Source of the DNA: Candidatus Bathyarchaeota archaeon RBG_13_60_20
GTDB lineage: Archaea; Thermoproteota; Bathyarchaeia; TCS64
Assembly (NCBI GenBank): GCA_001775965.1
Contig: MEZG01000043.1
Coordinates: 1 to 42,769, forward strand
Direction: 5' to 3'
Length of the DNA: 42,769 nucleotides
The translations under genes were made by a program, and so were the position numbers. Position 1 is the first letter of the stretch; each line of letters begins with the position of its first letter. Below the pieces are notes generated by a model. The model did not search any database and was not told the DNA's origin. It saw nothing but the letters and a program-made list of their open reading frames with translations. This document shows, one piece after another, positions 17,541 to 27,043 of this stretch.

Positions 17541-18872
17541 ATGGATGTTGTGGGCGAGGCGGCAGAGGGAAGGGGCATGTTCTGGTTCATACAGGGCAAC
17601 ATCAAGGTTCTGATGTTCTGCCGCGTCCTGTGGAGCTTCAGCACCAGCATCATCTACCCCTTCTTCAGCCTCTACATCCTTGCCCTGGGGGGCAGCAGCA
17701 CGGAGATCGGGCTCATCAGCAGCCTGGGGCTCATCGCGGGCATGGTCCTCTACCCCCTGGGCGGCTACATCGCCGACAGGGCCGGCCGCGTCAAGCTCAT
17801 AGGCTACAGCACTTTCCTGTACGCCTTCGCTCACCTGTTCTTCGTCTTCGCCACCAACTGGCAGATGATAGCCATCGGCCAGTTCTTCAGCCAGCTCCTG
17901 CTCTTCTACATGCCCGCCATGAACGCCCTGGAGTCTGACAGCCTCCCTCCGGGTGTCCGGGGCAAGGGGTTCGCCATTATAATGGCTGTGCCCGGCTCGG
18001 TGAGGATCATTGCCCCGCTGGTGGGCGGCTACGTCATTGAATGGTTTAAGACCTCCAGCGGCATGACTGGGAACGAGGCTACGGCGCAGGCTGTGCGCAT
18101 CTGCTGGGGGATCGCTTTCCTCACGGGCCTGCTTGTGGCCTGGATAAGGCTGAGGAACCTCAAGGAGACCATCACCGAGGAGGAGGGCAGCCACAAGATC
18201 AGTTTCAGGGAGATACCGGGGATGGTCATCCCCGCGTACAGGAGCATACTGGACAGCGTCAAGTGGATGAACAGGAGCCTCCGCGTCATCGTGATCCTGG
18301 AGATGGTGGCCAGCTTCTTCATAGCTATGAGCGCCCCCTTCTACGTGGTCTACGCCACAAAGCTCATCGGGCTATCCGAGGCCCAGTGGGGGCTGGGCAT
18401 GTTCATCAGCGGCCTCATCGGCATCATGCTTGCGTTCCCCCTGGGCAGCGCGACCGACAGGGTTGGCCCTAGGAGGATGATCATGTTGGGGATGTTCCTG
18501 GTACCCTTCATGATCTTCAGCTTCCAGTACTCGGGTGGGTTCCTGGGCGTGGCAGCCGTCCTTATCGGCGTGCAGATATGCAACAACATCATGGTCCCCG
18601 CCTTCAGCACCATCATCGCAAACACGATCCCAAGGAGCCGCAGAGGCCGCCTCTACAGCCTGATAGGCGAGCGGGGGATATCCATTAACTTCGGGAACTT
18701 TTGGGGCGGGGGCTTCCTCCTGTTTCCACCGGCCGCGCTGGGAGCGTACGTTGGCGGGTGGGTCTACCAGCTGGACCCCAACCTGCCCTGGATCATTACG
18801 AGCGGGGCCCTGCTGGTCTGCGCCCTGATGGTGTACCTCTTCGTCCAGGAGCCTGAGGAGGCCCAGCACTAG
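17541..18872 (+). CDS. MFS transporter
   Basis: It has about 12 hydrophobic helices and MFS motif A (GGYIADRAGRVKL). Confidence 0.8.
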   Translation: MDVVGEAAEGRGMFWFIQGNIKVLMFCRVLWSFSTSIIYPFFSLYILALGGSSTEIGLISSLGLIAGMVLYPLGGYIADRAGRVKLIGYSTFLYAFAHLFFVFATNWQMIAIGQFFSQLLLFYMPAMNALESDSLPPGVRGKGFAIIMAVPGSVRIIAPLVGGYVIEWFKTSSGMTGNEATAQAVRICWGIAFLTGLLVAWIRLRNLKETITEEEGSHKISFREIPGMVIPAYRSILDSVKWMNRSLRVIVILEMVASFFIAMSAPFYVVYATKLIGLSEAQWGLGMFISGLIGIMLAFPLGSATDRVGPRRMIMLGMFLVPFMIFSFQYSGGFLGVAAVLIGVQICNNIMVPAFSTIIANTIPRSRRGRLYSLIGERGISINFGNFWGGGFLLFPPAALGAYVGGWVYQLDPNLPWIITSGALLVCALMVYLFVQEPEEAQH

Positions 18873-18971
18873 GCATCATCGGGGGCCACCCCTAAATCCT
18901 TATACAAAAAACACTTAAAAGTCAGACACGGACAGTCTGTTCAGCGCGAGGAGGGATAGAGGTGGACGAAA

Positions 18972-20174
18972 ATGCTGAAGATAAACCGGGGCCAGCTGCA
19001 CGCTTCAGTGTCGAAGGTCTACGAGTCCCTCCTGCCCCTGTCGTTTAACCTGACTGGGCTGGTAGCCGGGGTATTCGTGGCGACGTTTTCAGGTGTCATA
19101 GCCACTGTGCCATGGGGGTTCCTGATCTACCCGGGGATTCTGAGCATCAGGGGCGCATTGGGCGGTCTCTTCGCGGGGAGACTGAGCACGGCCCTGCACC
19201 TTGGAACGGTGAAGCCGCAGCTCAGAGACAACACCGTGCACCTCAGCATCCTTGTGAAGTCCATCGTCGCCTTGACCCTGCTCAGCGGTGTCTTCATAGG
19301 CTTGACGGGCTCGGTCTTCAGCGGCCTATACACAGGCTTCAGCGCCGTGGAGTCATTGAAGATAATCGCTGTCACCATCGCTACCATGGCTGTCTCCAAC
19401 GTGGTGATATCACCGATCACGTTCGGCTTGTCAATAGTATCGTTCAACAGGGGCTACGACCCTGACGTGGTCCTCTATCCAATAGTGTCCACGGTCGCTG
19501 ACATCATGATCACGATCACGTACATCGCCATGGTCTGGCTGTCCCTGAGCCAGACGGGATTGATCATGATCACTGCAGTAGCGACCGGGTTCACGGCCTG
19601 GTCGGCTCTTGTCATTAGGGAGAACATGGCAGAGGACGAGTTCAGCCAGACCATCAGGGAGTTCCTGATCACGCTGGTGATAGTCTCCGTTATTGTGGGC
19701 ATCACGGGGACCACCCTGGAGCGCATCTCCGAGAGGATACAGGGGGCCAGGGAGATCTACGCAATATACCCGGCGCTCATCGACACTATCGGCGACGTCG
19801 GCTCGATCATAGGCTGCACGCTCACCACGAAGCTGGCCCTCGGGACCGTGCCGTCCCACCCGAGGCGGCTCAGCGACCTCAAAGGCGAGCTCGGCGAGGT
19901 TGTGAGCGCATGGGGTGCATCGGTTATCCTCTTCGGGATGTACGCGCTCATCGCCTCGCTGATCTACGCCCCGGCGGGACTGGCCGCCCTCACCCTAAGG
20001 CTCCTGGCGCTTAACCTCATCTCGGTCCCGATCATAATCCTGGTGGTCTTTGTCATCACCTACGCCACATACTCCAGGGGGTGGAACCCCGATAACTTCC
20101 TCATCCCGATAGAGAGCAGCCTGGCCGACACCGTGACCACTCTGGCGCTGCTCCTGGTCCTGCTATTGGGTTGA
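18972..20174 (+). CDS. Divalent-cation (Mg2+) transporter with two MgtE-type membrane domains (SLC41-like architecture)
   Basis: There is an internal duplication: PGILSIRGALGGLFAGRLSTALHLG and YPALIDTIGDVGSIIGCTLTTKLALG. No cytosolic N/CBS domains are present. A GAGGTG SD lies 8 nt upstream of the ATG. Confidence 0.6.
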   Translation: MLKINRGQLHASVSKVYESLLPLSFNLTGLVAGVFVATFSGVIATVPWGFLIYPGILSIRGALGGLFAGRLSTALHLGTVKPQLRDNTVHLSILVKSIVALTLLSGVFIGLTGSVFSGLYTGFSAVESLKIIAVTIATMAVSNVVISPITFGLSIVSFNRGYDPDVVLYPIVSTVADIMITITYIAMVWLSLSQTGLIMITAVATGFTAWSALVIRENMAEDEFSQTIREFLITLVIVSVIVGITGTTLERISERIQGAREIYAIYPALIDTIGDVGSIIGCTLTTKLALGTVPSHPRRLSDLKGELGEVVSAWGASVILFGMYALIASLIYAPAGLAALTLRLLALNLISVPIIILVVFVITYATYSRGWNPDNFLIPIESSLADTVTTLALLLVLLLG

Positions 20175-20205
20175 TAATAAATATGGAGCCAGCAGAGTCT
20201 ATCTC

Positions 20206-21168
20206 ATGAAGCATCTTGTGCTGATAAGCTCCGACATCTTGAACGTCCCGGAGGACGTGGCTGGTGCACTCAAGCCCCTCGCTGAGGTGACTTATGTTAA
20301 GGCTCCTTACGACGACCTACTAGCCAGGGCCTCTGCGCTCCTGGTGGGCGGAGAGAAGGTGGACAGCGGGTTCCTGGAGAGGGCACCTAAGCTGGGTATC
20401 GCCGCCAGATTCGGCGTCGGCTACGACGCCGTAGACGTGGAAGCCTGCTCGAAGAGGAGGGTCTACGCGACCCACACGCCGGACGTGCTCTCAGGCGCCG
20501 TGGCCGACCAGACCTGGGCCCTGATCCTCGGATTCATGAGGAGGATTCCTGAGGCCGACCGTAACGTCCGTGAGAGCTGGGCCAAGAAGGACAGGCGCAT
20601 GCCCTTCGGCTGGGACATGGAGGGCAAGACCCTCGGGGTACTCGGCTTGGGTAGGATTGGCTCACAGGTGGTTCGGAGGGCTCAGGGATTCGACGTGGAG
20701 CTAGTATACAACGATGTGGTCAGAAAGCCGGACATGGAGAAGCGGTACGGGGTGAGGTACCTGGGCTTCGATGATCTCATGAGGTCTAGCGACATACTCA
20801 GCCTCCACGTGCCCCTGCTGCCGTCCACGAAGGGGATCATAGGTGAGAAGGCCCTGTCCATGATGAAGCCCTCGGCCATCGTAGTGAACACGAGCAGGGG
20901 CCCCGTTATCGAAGAGAAGGCGCTCTACAAGGCTCTTACGGAGGAGAGGATCAGAGGAGCCGCCCTCGACGTGTTCGAACAGGAGCCGACGCCTCTCGAC
21001 AACCCCCTCCTGAAGCTGGATAACGTGGTCCTGACGCCCCACAGTGCCTCCGCGACATGGGAGACGAGGCGTAAGATGGCTGAGATGGCCGTCAGCAACA
21101 TTAAGGCGTACCTTGAGGGCCGCAGGCCGCCCAACGTGGTGCCTGAGCAGAGTGGCCTAACCTTCTAG
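20206..21168 (+). CDS. D-isomer-specific 2-hydroxyacid dehydrogenase (glyoxylate/hydroxypyruvate reductase-like)
   Basis: It has the NAD fold GVLGLGRIGSQV and the catalytic region NTSRGPVIEE...LDVFEQEP...TPHSAS. Confidence 0.85.
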   Translation: MKHLVLISSDILNVPEDVAGALKPLAEVTYVKAPYDDLLARASALLVGGEKVDSGFLERAPKLGIAARFGVGYDAVDVEACSKRRVYATHTPDVLSGAVADQTWALILGFMRRIPEADRNVRESWAKKDRRMPFGWDMEGKTLGVLGLGRIGSQVVRRAQGFDVELVYNDVVRKPDMEKRYGVRYLGFDDLMRSSDILSLHVPLLPSTKGIIGEKALSMMKPSAIVVNTSRGPVIEEKALYKALTEERIRGAALDVFEQEPTPLDNPLLKLDNVVLTPHSASATWETRRKMAEMAVSNIKAYLEGRRPPNVVPEQSGLTF

Positions 21169-21554
21169 CCCTATGCATCGTTGAATACCTCGTAGGCATA
21201 TGGAGAGAACCGTGTGGTGGGCAGCGGAGTCGACGAACGCGGCTGCGCCCCTAGGGTTTTTTCCGCAAGTACGATGAGGAGAAGGCTTGGACCTGTGGCT
21301 GAACCCTCCGGTGATGAGCATACCTTCCATCGTCTCTCCACAGGATCACATACCTCCTCTTCATCAGGGTGGTGCCCATGAACAGACACATGTTCTCATA
21401 GACATGATCCCGGAGGAGGCATGCGAGCGTCTTGAGGGCAGAGCCGACAGGAGATGTTTGAGACCCTATTGAGGTTTGTGAAGGCCCGGAGAAGACGCTG
21501 GTCCTCGCCCTCAATGGGGGATGGACAGTCATAGAAGGCTACTGGCCGCAACGG

Positions 21555-22757
21555 TCATCCACGAGGAGCTGAGCCTGCACCTGGGTCTCTGATCCTGAGG
21601 ATGAGCGCCATGCCCAACGTGAGCGTCGCGACCTGCACGTAGAGAGGGGCGTTGAATCCGTAACCCTCCAGAAGCACCCCCGCCAGCCACGGGGCGGGCA
21701 CGGCCCCTATCCTGCCGTAGGCGTCCAGCTTACCCATGATCGTGCTACGCTTGTCCTGGGGCACGATCTCGACCAGAAGGCTGGTCCAGCTGGGCATCCA
21801 GAAGCATATGTCGATGGCGCTCACCCCGTTGAACAGTATGTAGGCCGCGGGGGACCTGAACAGTATGAAGCCGAGTATGGTGACCATGCCCATGACTAGG
21901 CTCCCGAATAGCATCCGCCTCCTGCCCAGCCTGTCGCTCAGCTTTCCGAGCGGTATGCTGCCAAGCGCCCAGACGAGGTTGAAGCTGGTGCTCATTAACC
22001 CGAGGTCCAAGGTGGTGAAGCCGCGGTAGTCTGTGAGGGCCCCATAGAAGAGGCTGTAGGCCACCGCGTACCCGAAGCCCTGGACCAGCATTATCGCGTA
22101 CAGGTTCAGGTTCCCAGGCTCGGGCAGGAGGGCCCTACGCAGCTTCTCGATGGGTGAGGAAGCTGATCCCACGCCGGGTTTGTGCGTCTCCTTAATGAAG
22201 AAGAGCAGGGTGAAGCCCAGTATGTCAGAGACCAGTGTGGCGTATAGAATGGGCGTGTACCCCATGGTCAGGGCGATGTAGCCGCCCGCCGATGCCATGA
22301 GGGTGCTCATGCCCTGGCTAAGTGCGAGGAGGGTGCTGAGGGCGGTGGCCCGCCTGGTGGAGTCCACGCTCTCGGCTATCAAGGCGTTGCGGCCCGGGTT
22401 ACCCATCTGGAACATGGCGGTGAAACCGATGAGGAAAGCGAACGCGATGAGAGCCGGGAAGCTCTTGGATGCTATCAGCGCGATCATGGCCATGATCCTG
22501 CACGCGTCGGCGGCCACGACGACGGGCTTGCGCCCGTACCTGTCGCTGATGTATCCCCAGAGGAAGAGGCCGAGGCCTGTGCTGACGTTGATCATGGTCT
22601 GGACGAGGCCTAGCTGGCTTAGGGTGATCCCTGTGCTGAGGAGGTAGGGCTGCCAGATCACGTAGAACATGCCGAAGCCCACCTGGCTGATGAGGGTCTG
22701 GGCGGCTAGCACTCGTATGTTGCCTTCGAGGGCGAGGAATCGGCTGATGGACCCCAT
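21555..22757 (-). CDS. MFS transporter
   Basis: It has 12 predicted helices and motif A (GYISDRYGRKPV). A TTTTTAT TATA-like box lies about 38 nt upstream of the ATG on the - strand. Confidence 0.8.
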   Translation of the reverse strand: MGSISRFLALEGNIRVLAAQTLISQVGFGMFYVIWQPYLLSTGITLSQLGLVQTMINVSTGLGLFLWGYISDRYGRKPVVVAADACRIMAMIALIASKSFPALIAFAFLIGFTAMFQMGNPGRNALIAESVDSTRRATALSTLLALSQGMSTLMASAGGYIALTMGYTPILYATLVSDILGFTLLFFIKETHKPGVGSASSPIEKLRRALLPEPGNLNLYAIMLVQGFGYAVAYSLFYGALTDYRGFTTLDLGLMSTSFNLVWALGSIPLGKLSDRLGRRRMLFGSLVMGMVTILGFILFRSPAAYILFNGVSAIDICFWMPSWTSLLVEIVPQDKRSTIMGKLDAYGRIGAVPAPWLAGVLLEGYGFNAPLYVQVATLTLGMALILRIRDPGAGSAPRG

Positions 22758-22847
22758 GGCTGCCAGAACCTAGGATATGTCTGGTTGGCTGGCATAAAAA
22801 CGAGGCGGAGATACCCTGCTACTGGGTATAAGCGTTTTCAGCGGCTC

Positions 22848-22877
22848 ATGACTACTGTAGTCATAATTGTTTTTTTT
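22848..22877 (+). other. 17-bp perfect palindrome ATGACTAC-T-GTAGTCAT followed by a T8 run (terminator-like on the + strand)
   Basis: Read directly. The 8-bp arms span 22848-22864 and T8 spans 22870-22877. No + strand CDS lies upstream. Confidence 0.4.
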
Positions 22878-22912
22878 AGGCCGCTGGCCGACGCCTCAAA
22901 CCTAGAGAATGT

Positions 22913-22956
22913 GCCGTGATTTGGTATAGAATGGCCCGTGATTTTGACTAGAATGG
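22913..22956. repeat. Tandem 22-bp direct repeat (18/22 identical)
   Basis: GCCGTGATTTGGTATAGAATGG (22913-22934) is followed directly by CCCGTGATTTTGACTAGAATGG (22935-22956). Confidence 0.7.
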
Positions 22957-23150
22957 CGGAACATCGGAACCGTTCCCGGGGTCCTTCACGTGAGAAGCAG
23001 CTGAAAACGGCTCGCATCGCTCACCTCCCCTCCCCTCTCGTGGCTGGGGAGGCGGTGCACTTTCCTGCTACACTATGGAAGCGTTTAGGCTGGTTCCCCG
23101 AATCGTAGCCGCTCATAGGGGAACATGCAGAGGTCCCCCCAGGCGTCAAG

Positions 23151-23984
23151 CTACGGCGATGCGGTTTTATGGAGTCCGAGCATCTCGTTGAGCAGCCTGA
23201 GGTTGCTCCTCACGTCTGCGGCGTCGTACATGCCGATGTTCCAGGCGTCTATGAACTCGTGGAACCGGAAGGCGTACCTTATGGCCTCGTCCGCCCTGTC
23301 CCTGAGCCTTCCCGCGTTCAGTATCTTGATGACGTAGACGAACCTGCCGTCCTCGTGCAGGGCCCTCAGCGCGTCGAGCCTGTCCTGCTGGGTGCCGTCG
23401 TCCAAATACGCGCCGGCGACATTCAGGGGTGCGCAGACCACGTCTATCTCAGGGACCTCCAGGACCTGGCGGAGGGTCTCGGTGCTGTGGGTGGAGAGGG
23501 CAGTAGCCCTCACCCGGCCCGCCTCCTTGGCCTCCAGGAAGGCCCTGAGGGCGCCTGTCCGGCTGCTCAGCGGCCCGCACACGTAGGGGCGGTCGGAGGC
23601 GTCCAGCCTCTCGACGGGCCTCGGCGGCACTATGTGGAGGAACATTATGTCCACGTACTCGGTGCCCAGGTCGCCCAGGCTCATGTCCAGGGCCCTCAGC
23701 CCCTCCTCGTAGGTGTGGGCGTTGGTCTTGTCCGCGACCACCACCTCGCTGCGTGGGACCAGCCTCAGGCCCTCTGCCACGTGGGGGTGGGTGCCATAGT
23801 CGTCGCTGGTGTCCCAGAAGTCGACGCCTAGCCTGTGGGCCTCTGCCAGCCTTCTCCCGGCCTCCGGCGGGTCCACGTCGCCCTGGGTCTTGGCGCCTTC
23901 CGGGCCCTTCTTGAATGTGAAGGGCTCGGTGCCGTAGCAGAGTCTGGAGACGGTGAGCCCCGTGTCCCTGATCCTTGCCTTCAT
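23151..23984 (-). CDS. Aldo/keto reductase family oxidoreductase
   Basis: It has the N-terminal LCYGTEPF...GVDFWDTSDDYG (catalytic D/Y region) and a length typical of an AKR TIM barrel. Confidence 0.8.
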   Translation of the reverse strand: MKARIRDTGLTVSRLCYGTEPFTFKKGPEGAKTQGDVDPPEAGRRLAEAHRLGVDFWDTSDDYGTHPHVAEGLRLVPRSEVVVADKTNAHTYEEGLRALDMSLGDLGTEYVDIMFLHIVPPRPVERLDASDRPYVCGPLSSRTGALRAFLEAKEAGRVRATALSTHSTETLRQVLEVPEIDVVCAPLNVAGAYLDDGTQQDRLDALRALHEDGRFVYVIKILNAGRLRDRADEAIRYAFRFHEFIDAWNIGMYDAADVRSNLRLLNEMLGLHKTASP

Positions 23985-24020
23985 GTCACGCCATTGGGAC
24001 TGAAGGGTGATAAGGGTTCC

Positions 24021-24401
24021 CTAGTAGTTGCTGAAGTGGGCGTGGGCTATCCTAGGTCCCTCGCCCTCGTCGACGTAGACGAGGGTGACGGGACCCCTCT
24101 GGTCCTTGTCGCTGCCCTTGCGCCTGAACAGCCAGTCGGCTTTCACCACTGAGAATCCCCTGAGTCTCTCGACGGCCACGTCTTCGAGCCACAGCTTGTT
24201 GCCGGCGTCCCTGCCGCCCTCCACGAAGCCGAAGCCTCTGTGGTGCTCGACCAACGCGTGGAACCCTTTTATGAGACCCCGCTTCTCGGAGCTGAAGTAG
24301 GTCACCCTGTCGTCGGTAAGGAACAGATCACCCACCGTGTTCAGGTCGTAGCTGTTCCAGAGCCCAACCCACTTCTCCAGAGCCTTCTCGACGGCATCCA
24401 T
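24021..24401 (-). CDS. NTF2/SnoaL-like fold protein (DUF4440-like)
   Basis: The 126-aa protein has the N-terminal helix EKALEKWVGLWNSYDL, typical of SnoaL/NTF2-like proteins. The assignment rests on pattern only. Confidence 0.45.
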   Translation of the reverse strand: MDAVEKALEKWVGLWNSYDLNTVGDLFLTDDRVTYFSSEKRGLIKGFHALVEHHRGFGFVEGGRDAGNKLWLEDVAVERLRGFSVVKADWLFRRKGSDKDQRGPVTLVYVDEGEGPRIAHAHFSNY

Positions 24402-24499
24402 GCTTGCATACTTGCCTCAACGCTTATAACAACAGTCGTTGGCGGCTCGCCTCGTCCGATTGAGGCGGCCTCGCATCCTGGGTGAGCGTGGGTTGAGGG

Positions 24500-25183
24500 T
24501 TGGAAAACAATAAAACCCTCCACTGTCAACCTCTCCATGTGGACAAAGTGAAGCTCCGCAACTTCGCGGGGCTACTGATGCTCATCATGTCGTCGACCTA
24601 CTATGCAATGTTCCACCTTGACCTGAGCGACGGCACAGTCGTGGTTTTCCTCAAGGCTGTGTCGGTTGGCGTTCTGCCCGGCATCGTCTGCTTCAGTTGG
24701 CTATACTTCTGGGCTGACAGCCCGGACCCCTTCAGGTATCTCGCCCTCTGGAACAGCGGCACGCAGGTGCTGTTCCTGGCCGTGAACCTACTCAGGGTTC
24801 CAGCCGCCTCATGGGGAGTATTCGGATTGATGTATCTAATCCTCACCGCCGTGGTCGTAGCCCTCTACCTGACCAGTTACCATGAGACCAGGTGGGGCTC
24901 CTTCGTCCTCGACGGCCTGATACTGCTAAATGTGGTGCTCGCCTTCGCCCTGACCCTCACCACCTACTCGCTCATCCACCCTTTCTTCGCATCCAGCAGC
25001 ACGGAGGCTGTGCGTTACCTGGGCGTCTTCGTATCTGAGCTGGCCGTCATGGGCGCCCTCTTCGCATCCAGCAGCCAGATGTACTGGCACGATATCCTTG
25101 GGAGGAGGCGGGAGGAGGCGCAGGTGGAGAGGATATTCCAGGAGCTTGAGGAGGCCGCGAGAAGGCGGGCGGCAGCCTCGTAG
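24500..25183 (+). CDS. Hypothetical polytopic membrane protein with a charged C-terminal tail
   Basis: It has about 6 hydrophobic helices followed by RRREEAQVERIFQELEEAARRRAAAS. The start is uncertain (TTG 24500 or a downstream GTG). Confidence 0.45.
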   Translation: MENNKTLHCQPLHVDKVKLRNFAGLLMLIMSSTYYAMFHLDLSDGTVVVFLKAVSVGVLPGIVCFSWLYFWADSPDPFRYLALWNSGTQVLFLAVNLLRVPAASWGVFGLMYLILTAVVVALYLTSYHETRWGSFVLDGLILLNVVLAFALTLTTYSLIHPFFASSSTEAVRYLGVFVSELAVMGALFASSSQMYWHDILGRRREEAQVERIFQELEEAARRRAAAS

Positions 25184-25205
25184 GCGCCCGCCACCGGTGG
25201 TCCGC

Positions 25206-25796
25206 CTACCTTGGCTGGGGAGGCGGCTCGGTCCTCAGGCTCCGCAGCACCTTGTCCAACTGGAATGCGCACCAATCATCGCCCGCGCCCTGCCTTAGGC
25301 AGTACACGGCGAAGGTCCTCCCCTCCGGGCTGGCCCAGCCCGCCACGAGGCCCGGGACCCTTACGCCGCCCACGTCGACCTTGAAGCCGCGGACCAGAGC
25401 CTCCTTTCCGCCGATGACCTGGGCGGTGTCGGCGCTCACTTCGGTTATCTCGTTGTACTTCCTCGCCTCACCGATGACCGTGTCCATGAAATCGGATAGC
25501 CCCTCAGGTCCGCCAGCGCTCCACACGACCCCCACGATGGCGGCCTGCTCGCCTGAGGACTCGCCCTGCAGGTCGCCGAGCCAGTATGACGGAAACCTGA
25601 AGAACACCACGGCCTCCCGGAGGGTGCAGTCCGCGGGGTAGATGAAGCTGAGGCCGTTGCCGCTGAACTGTCGGTAGCCGGCTGGCGTGTCGTTCCTGTG
25701 CTGCCAGATGTTGAACCCGGTCACGGCTACGACGACGAGGAGGATTACGGCCGTGTCACGGTGGCGCCTGAGAAAGGTGGTAGCCATGTCGATCAC
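25206..25796 (-). CDS. Hypothetical signal-anchored/secreted protein
   Basis: It has a single N-terminal helix (AVILLVVVAVTGF). Its start overlaps the upstream stop (TAGTG), which suggests co-transcription with the DUF1624 gene. Confidence 0.5.
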   Translation of the reverse strand: MIDMATTFLRRHRDTAVILLVVVAVTGFNIWQHRNDTPAGYRQFSGNGLSFIYPADCTLREAVVFFRFPSYWLGDLQGESSGEQAAIVGVVWSAGGPEGLSDFMDTVIGEARKYNEITEVSADTAQVIGGKEALVRGFKVDVGGVRVPGLVAGWASPEGRTFAVYCLRQGAGDDWCAFQLDKVLRSLRTEPPPQPR

Positions 25797-27043
25797 TAGA
25801 TGTACTGCAGTATAGGCTTAGGGTACTGGCGCTTCAGCTTCTCGTACCAGAGGCACAGCCTCCACAGGACCAGCAGGCCGGCGGCCCAGAACAGCAGCGT
25901 CTCAGGGAGCCCCAGGTAGAAGGGGGGCCTGTAGGCCCCGGGGGCGAAGTCGGGGAACCGGGCCCGGTACAGCCACAGGTGGACCAGGTAGAAGAAGAGG
26001 GGGTTCCTGCCGAAGCTTAGCAGGATGCCCGATAGGCCGCCGTGGAACCACGGCCTGCCCTGGATGTGGATGCCAAGGGCCAGCATGAGGCACATCCCCC
26101 CCAGGGTCCACAGCAGGAAGGCGAGGTCCGGCGGGTACTTGGACACGTACAGCCAGTCCACCAGTGTGTTGCCCATGCGGGACACCAGGTTACCGTAGCC
26201 GTTCAGCCACCGCACAACCACGAAGGCCACGATGGATGCCACGCCCAGGACGGCGAAGGGCCTCTTGAGCCCCTTGACATCCTCGGCGGACTTCCCTGAG
26301 AGGTAGTTGCCCAGGCTCCAGCCTAGGCCCATGACGGCCACCCAGGGTATTATGGGGTATAACCCGATGTAGGGCCACCTGTCGTAGTTGGGCTCATGGA
26401 GTATTATGCGGAGGTACCAGCCCCAGTTGGGCGCAGTCGGGATGAAGCTCAGGTCCAGGAAGCTGTGGTTTAGGATGATGAGCAGCGAGGCCAGCAGGAT
26501 CACCTTGGTGGGCAATCTGCGGGCGACGCTGAAGATTATGAGGCACGCGCCTATGCAGGAGATGACGCCGAAGTAGGTCCACGGGTTGCTGAAGGCGGGG
26601 GACTCTATCGCCGCAGCCAGCACCAGGAGTATAACCCCCCTCTTGGCGATGTGGAGGGTCACCTCCCTCTGCGACTCGCCGCCTTCCAGCCTCTTCTTGG
26701 AGGAGAGGGCGAGGACGGTCCCCGCGAGGAAGATGAAGGTGGGGGCGCAGTAGTGGCTCACGAACCTGAGCAGGAACCAGGTCGTGTCCACGAAGGGCGG
26801 GGCCCGCCCCAGTATCCCCTCGCCGCCGTGGTGGTACTGGTTCCAGAACCCAGAGACGTGGTCCCACGCCATGATGGCCATGACGATCCCCCGGGTGAAG
26901 TCTATAAACTCAAGCCTGTGCGCCCCGTGGGCCGTCCCACCTACAGTCTCCTGCGCCGATGCTGAGGCCATGCCCTTCACATGGTACTCGTGTACTAGAT
27001 AAGAAATGTTCATGTCAGATGCTGGGCGGACAGCATCCATCAT
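25796..27043 (-). CDS. DUF1624 / heparan-alpha-glucosaminide N-acetyltransferase-like membrane protein
   Basis: It has the signature R-x-x-FIDFTRGIVMAIMAWDH near the N-terminus and about 10 TM helices. The true start is probably the Met at 27013 or 26971. Confidence 0.7.
   Translation of the reverse strand: MMDAVRPASDMNISYLVHEYHVKGMASASAQETVGGTAHGAHRLEFIDFTRGIVMAIMAWDHVSGFWNQYHHGGEGILGRAPPFVDTTWFLLRFVSHYCAPTFIFLAGTVLALSSKKRLEGGESQREVTLHIAKRGVILLVLAAAIESPAFSNPWTYFGVISCIGACLIIFSVARRLPTKVILLASLLIILNHSFLDLSFIPTAPNWGWYLRIILHEPNYDRWPYIGLYPIIPWVAVMGLGWSLGNYLSGKSAEDVKGLKRPFAVLGVASIVAFVVVRWLNGYGNLVSRMGNTLVDWLYVSKYPPDLAFLLWTLGGMCLMLALGIHIQGRPWFHGGLSGILLSFGRNPLFFYLVHLWLYRARFPDFAPGAYRPPFYLGLPETLLFWAAGLLVLWRLCLWYEKLKRQYPKPILQYI

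Noticed and set aside
21169-21554. 386-bp convergent spacer with overlapping 60-93 aa ORFs (e.g. 21251-21532 -). I considered a degraded gene or transposase remnant.
   Set aside because: No recognisable motif appears in any frame. The ORFs overlap each other in different frames, and there are no terminal repeats. A T6 run at about 21256-21261 may simply be the terminator of the upstream dehydrogenase gene.
22833-23009. MITE-like element bounded by the 10-bp inverted repeat CGTTTTCAGC / GCTGAAAACG.
   Set aside because: A single 10-bp inverted match in about 390 bp is only marginally beyond chance. There is no flanking target-site duplication and no second copy in the window. It is mentioned only as a sub-observation of the spacer finding.
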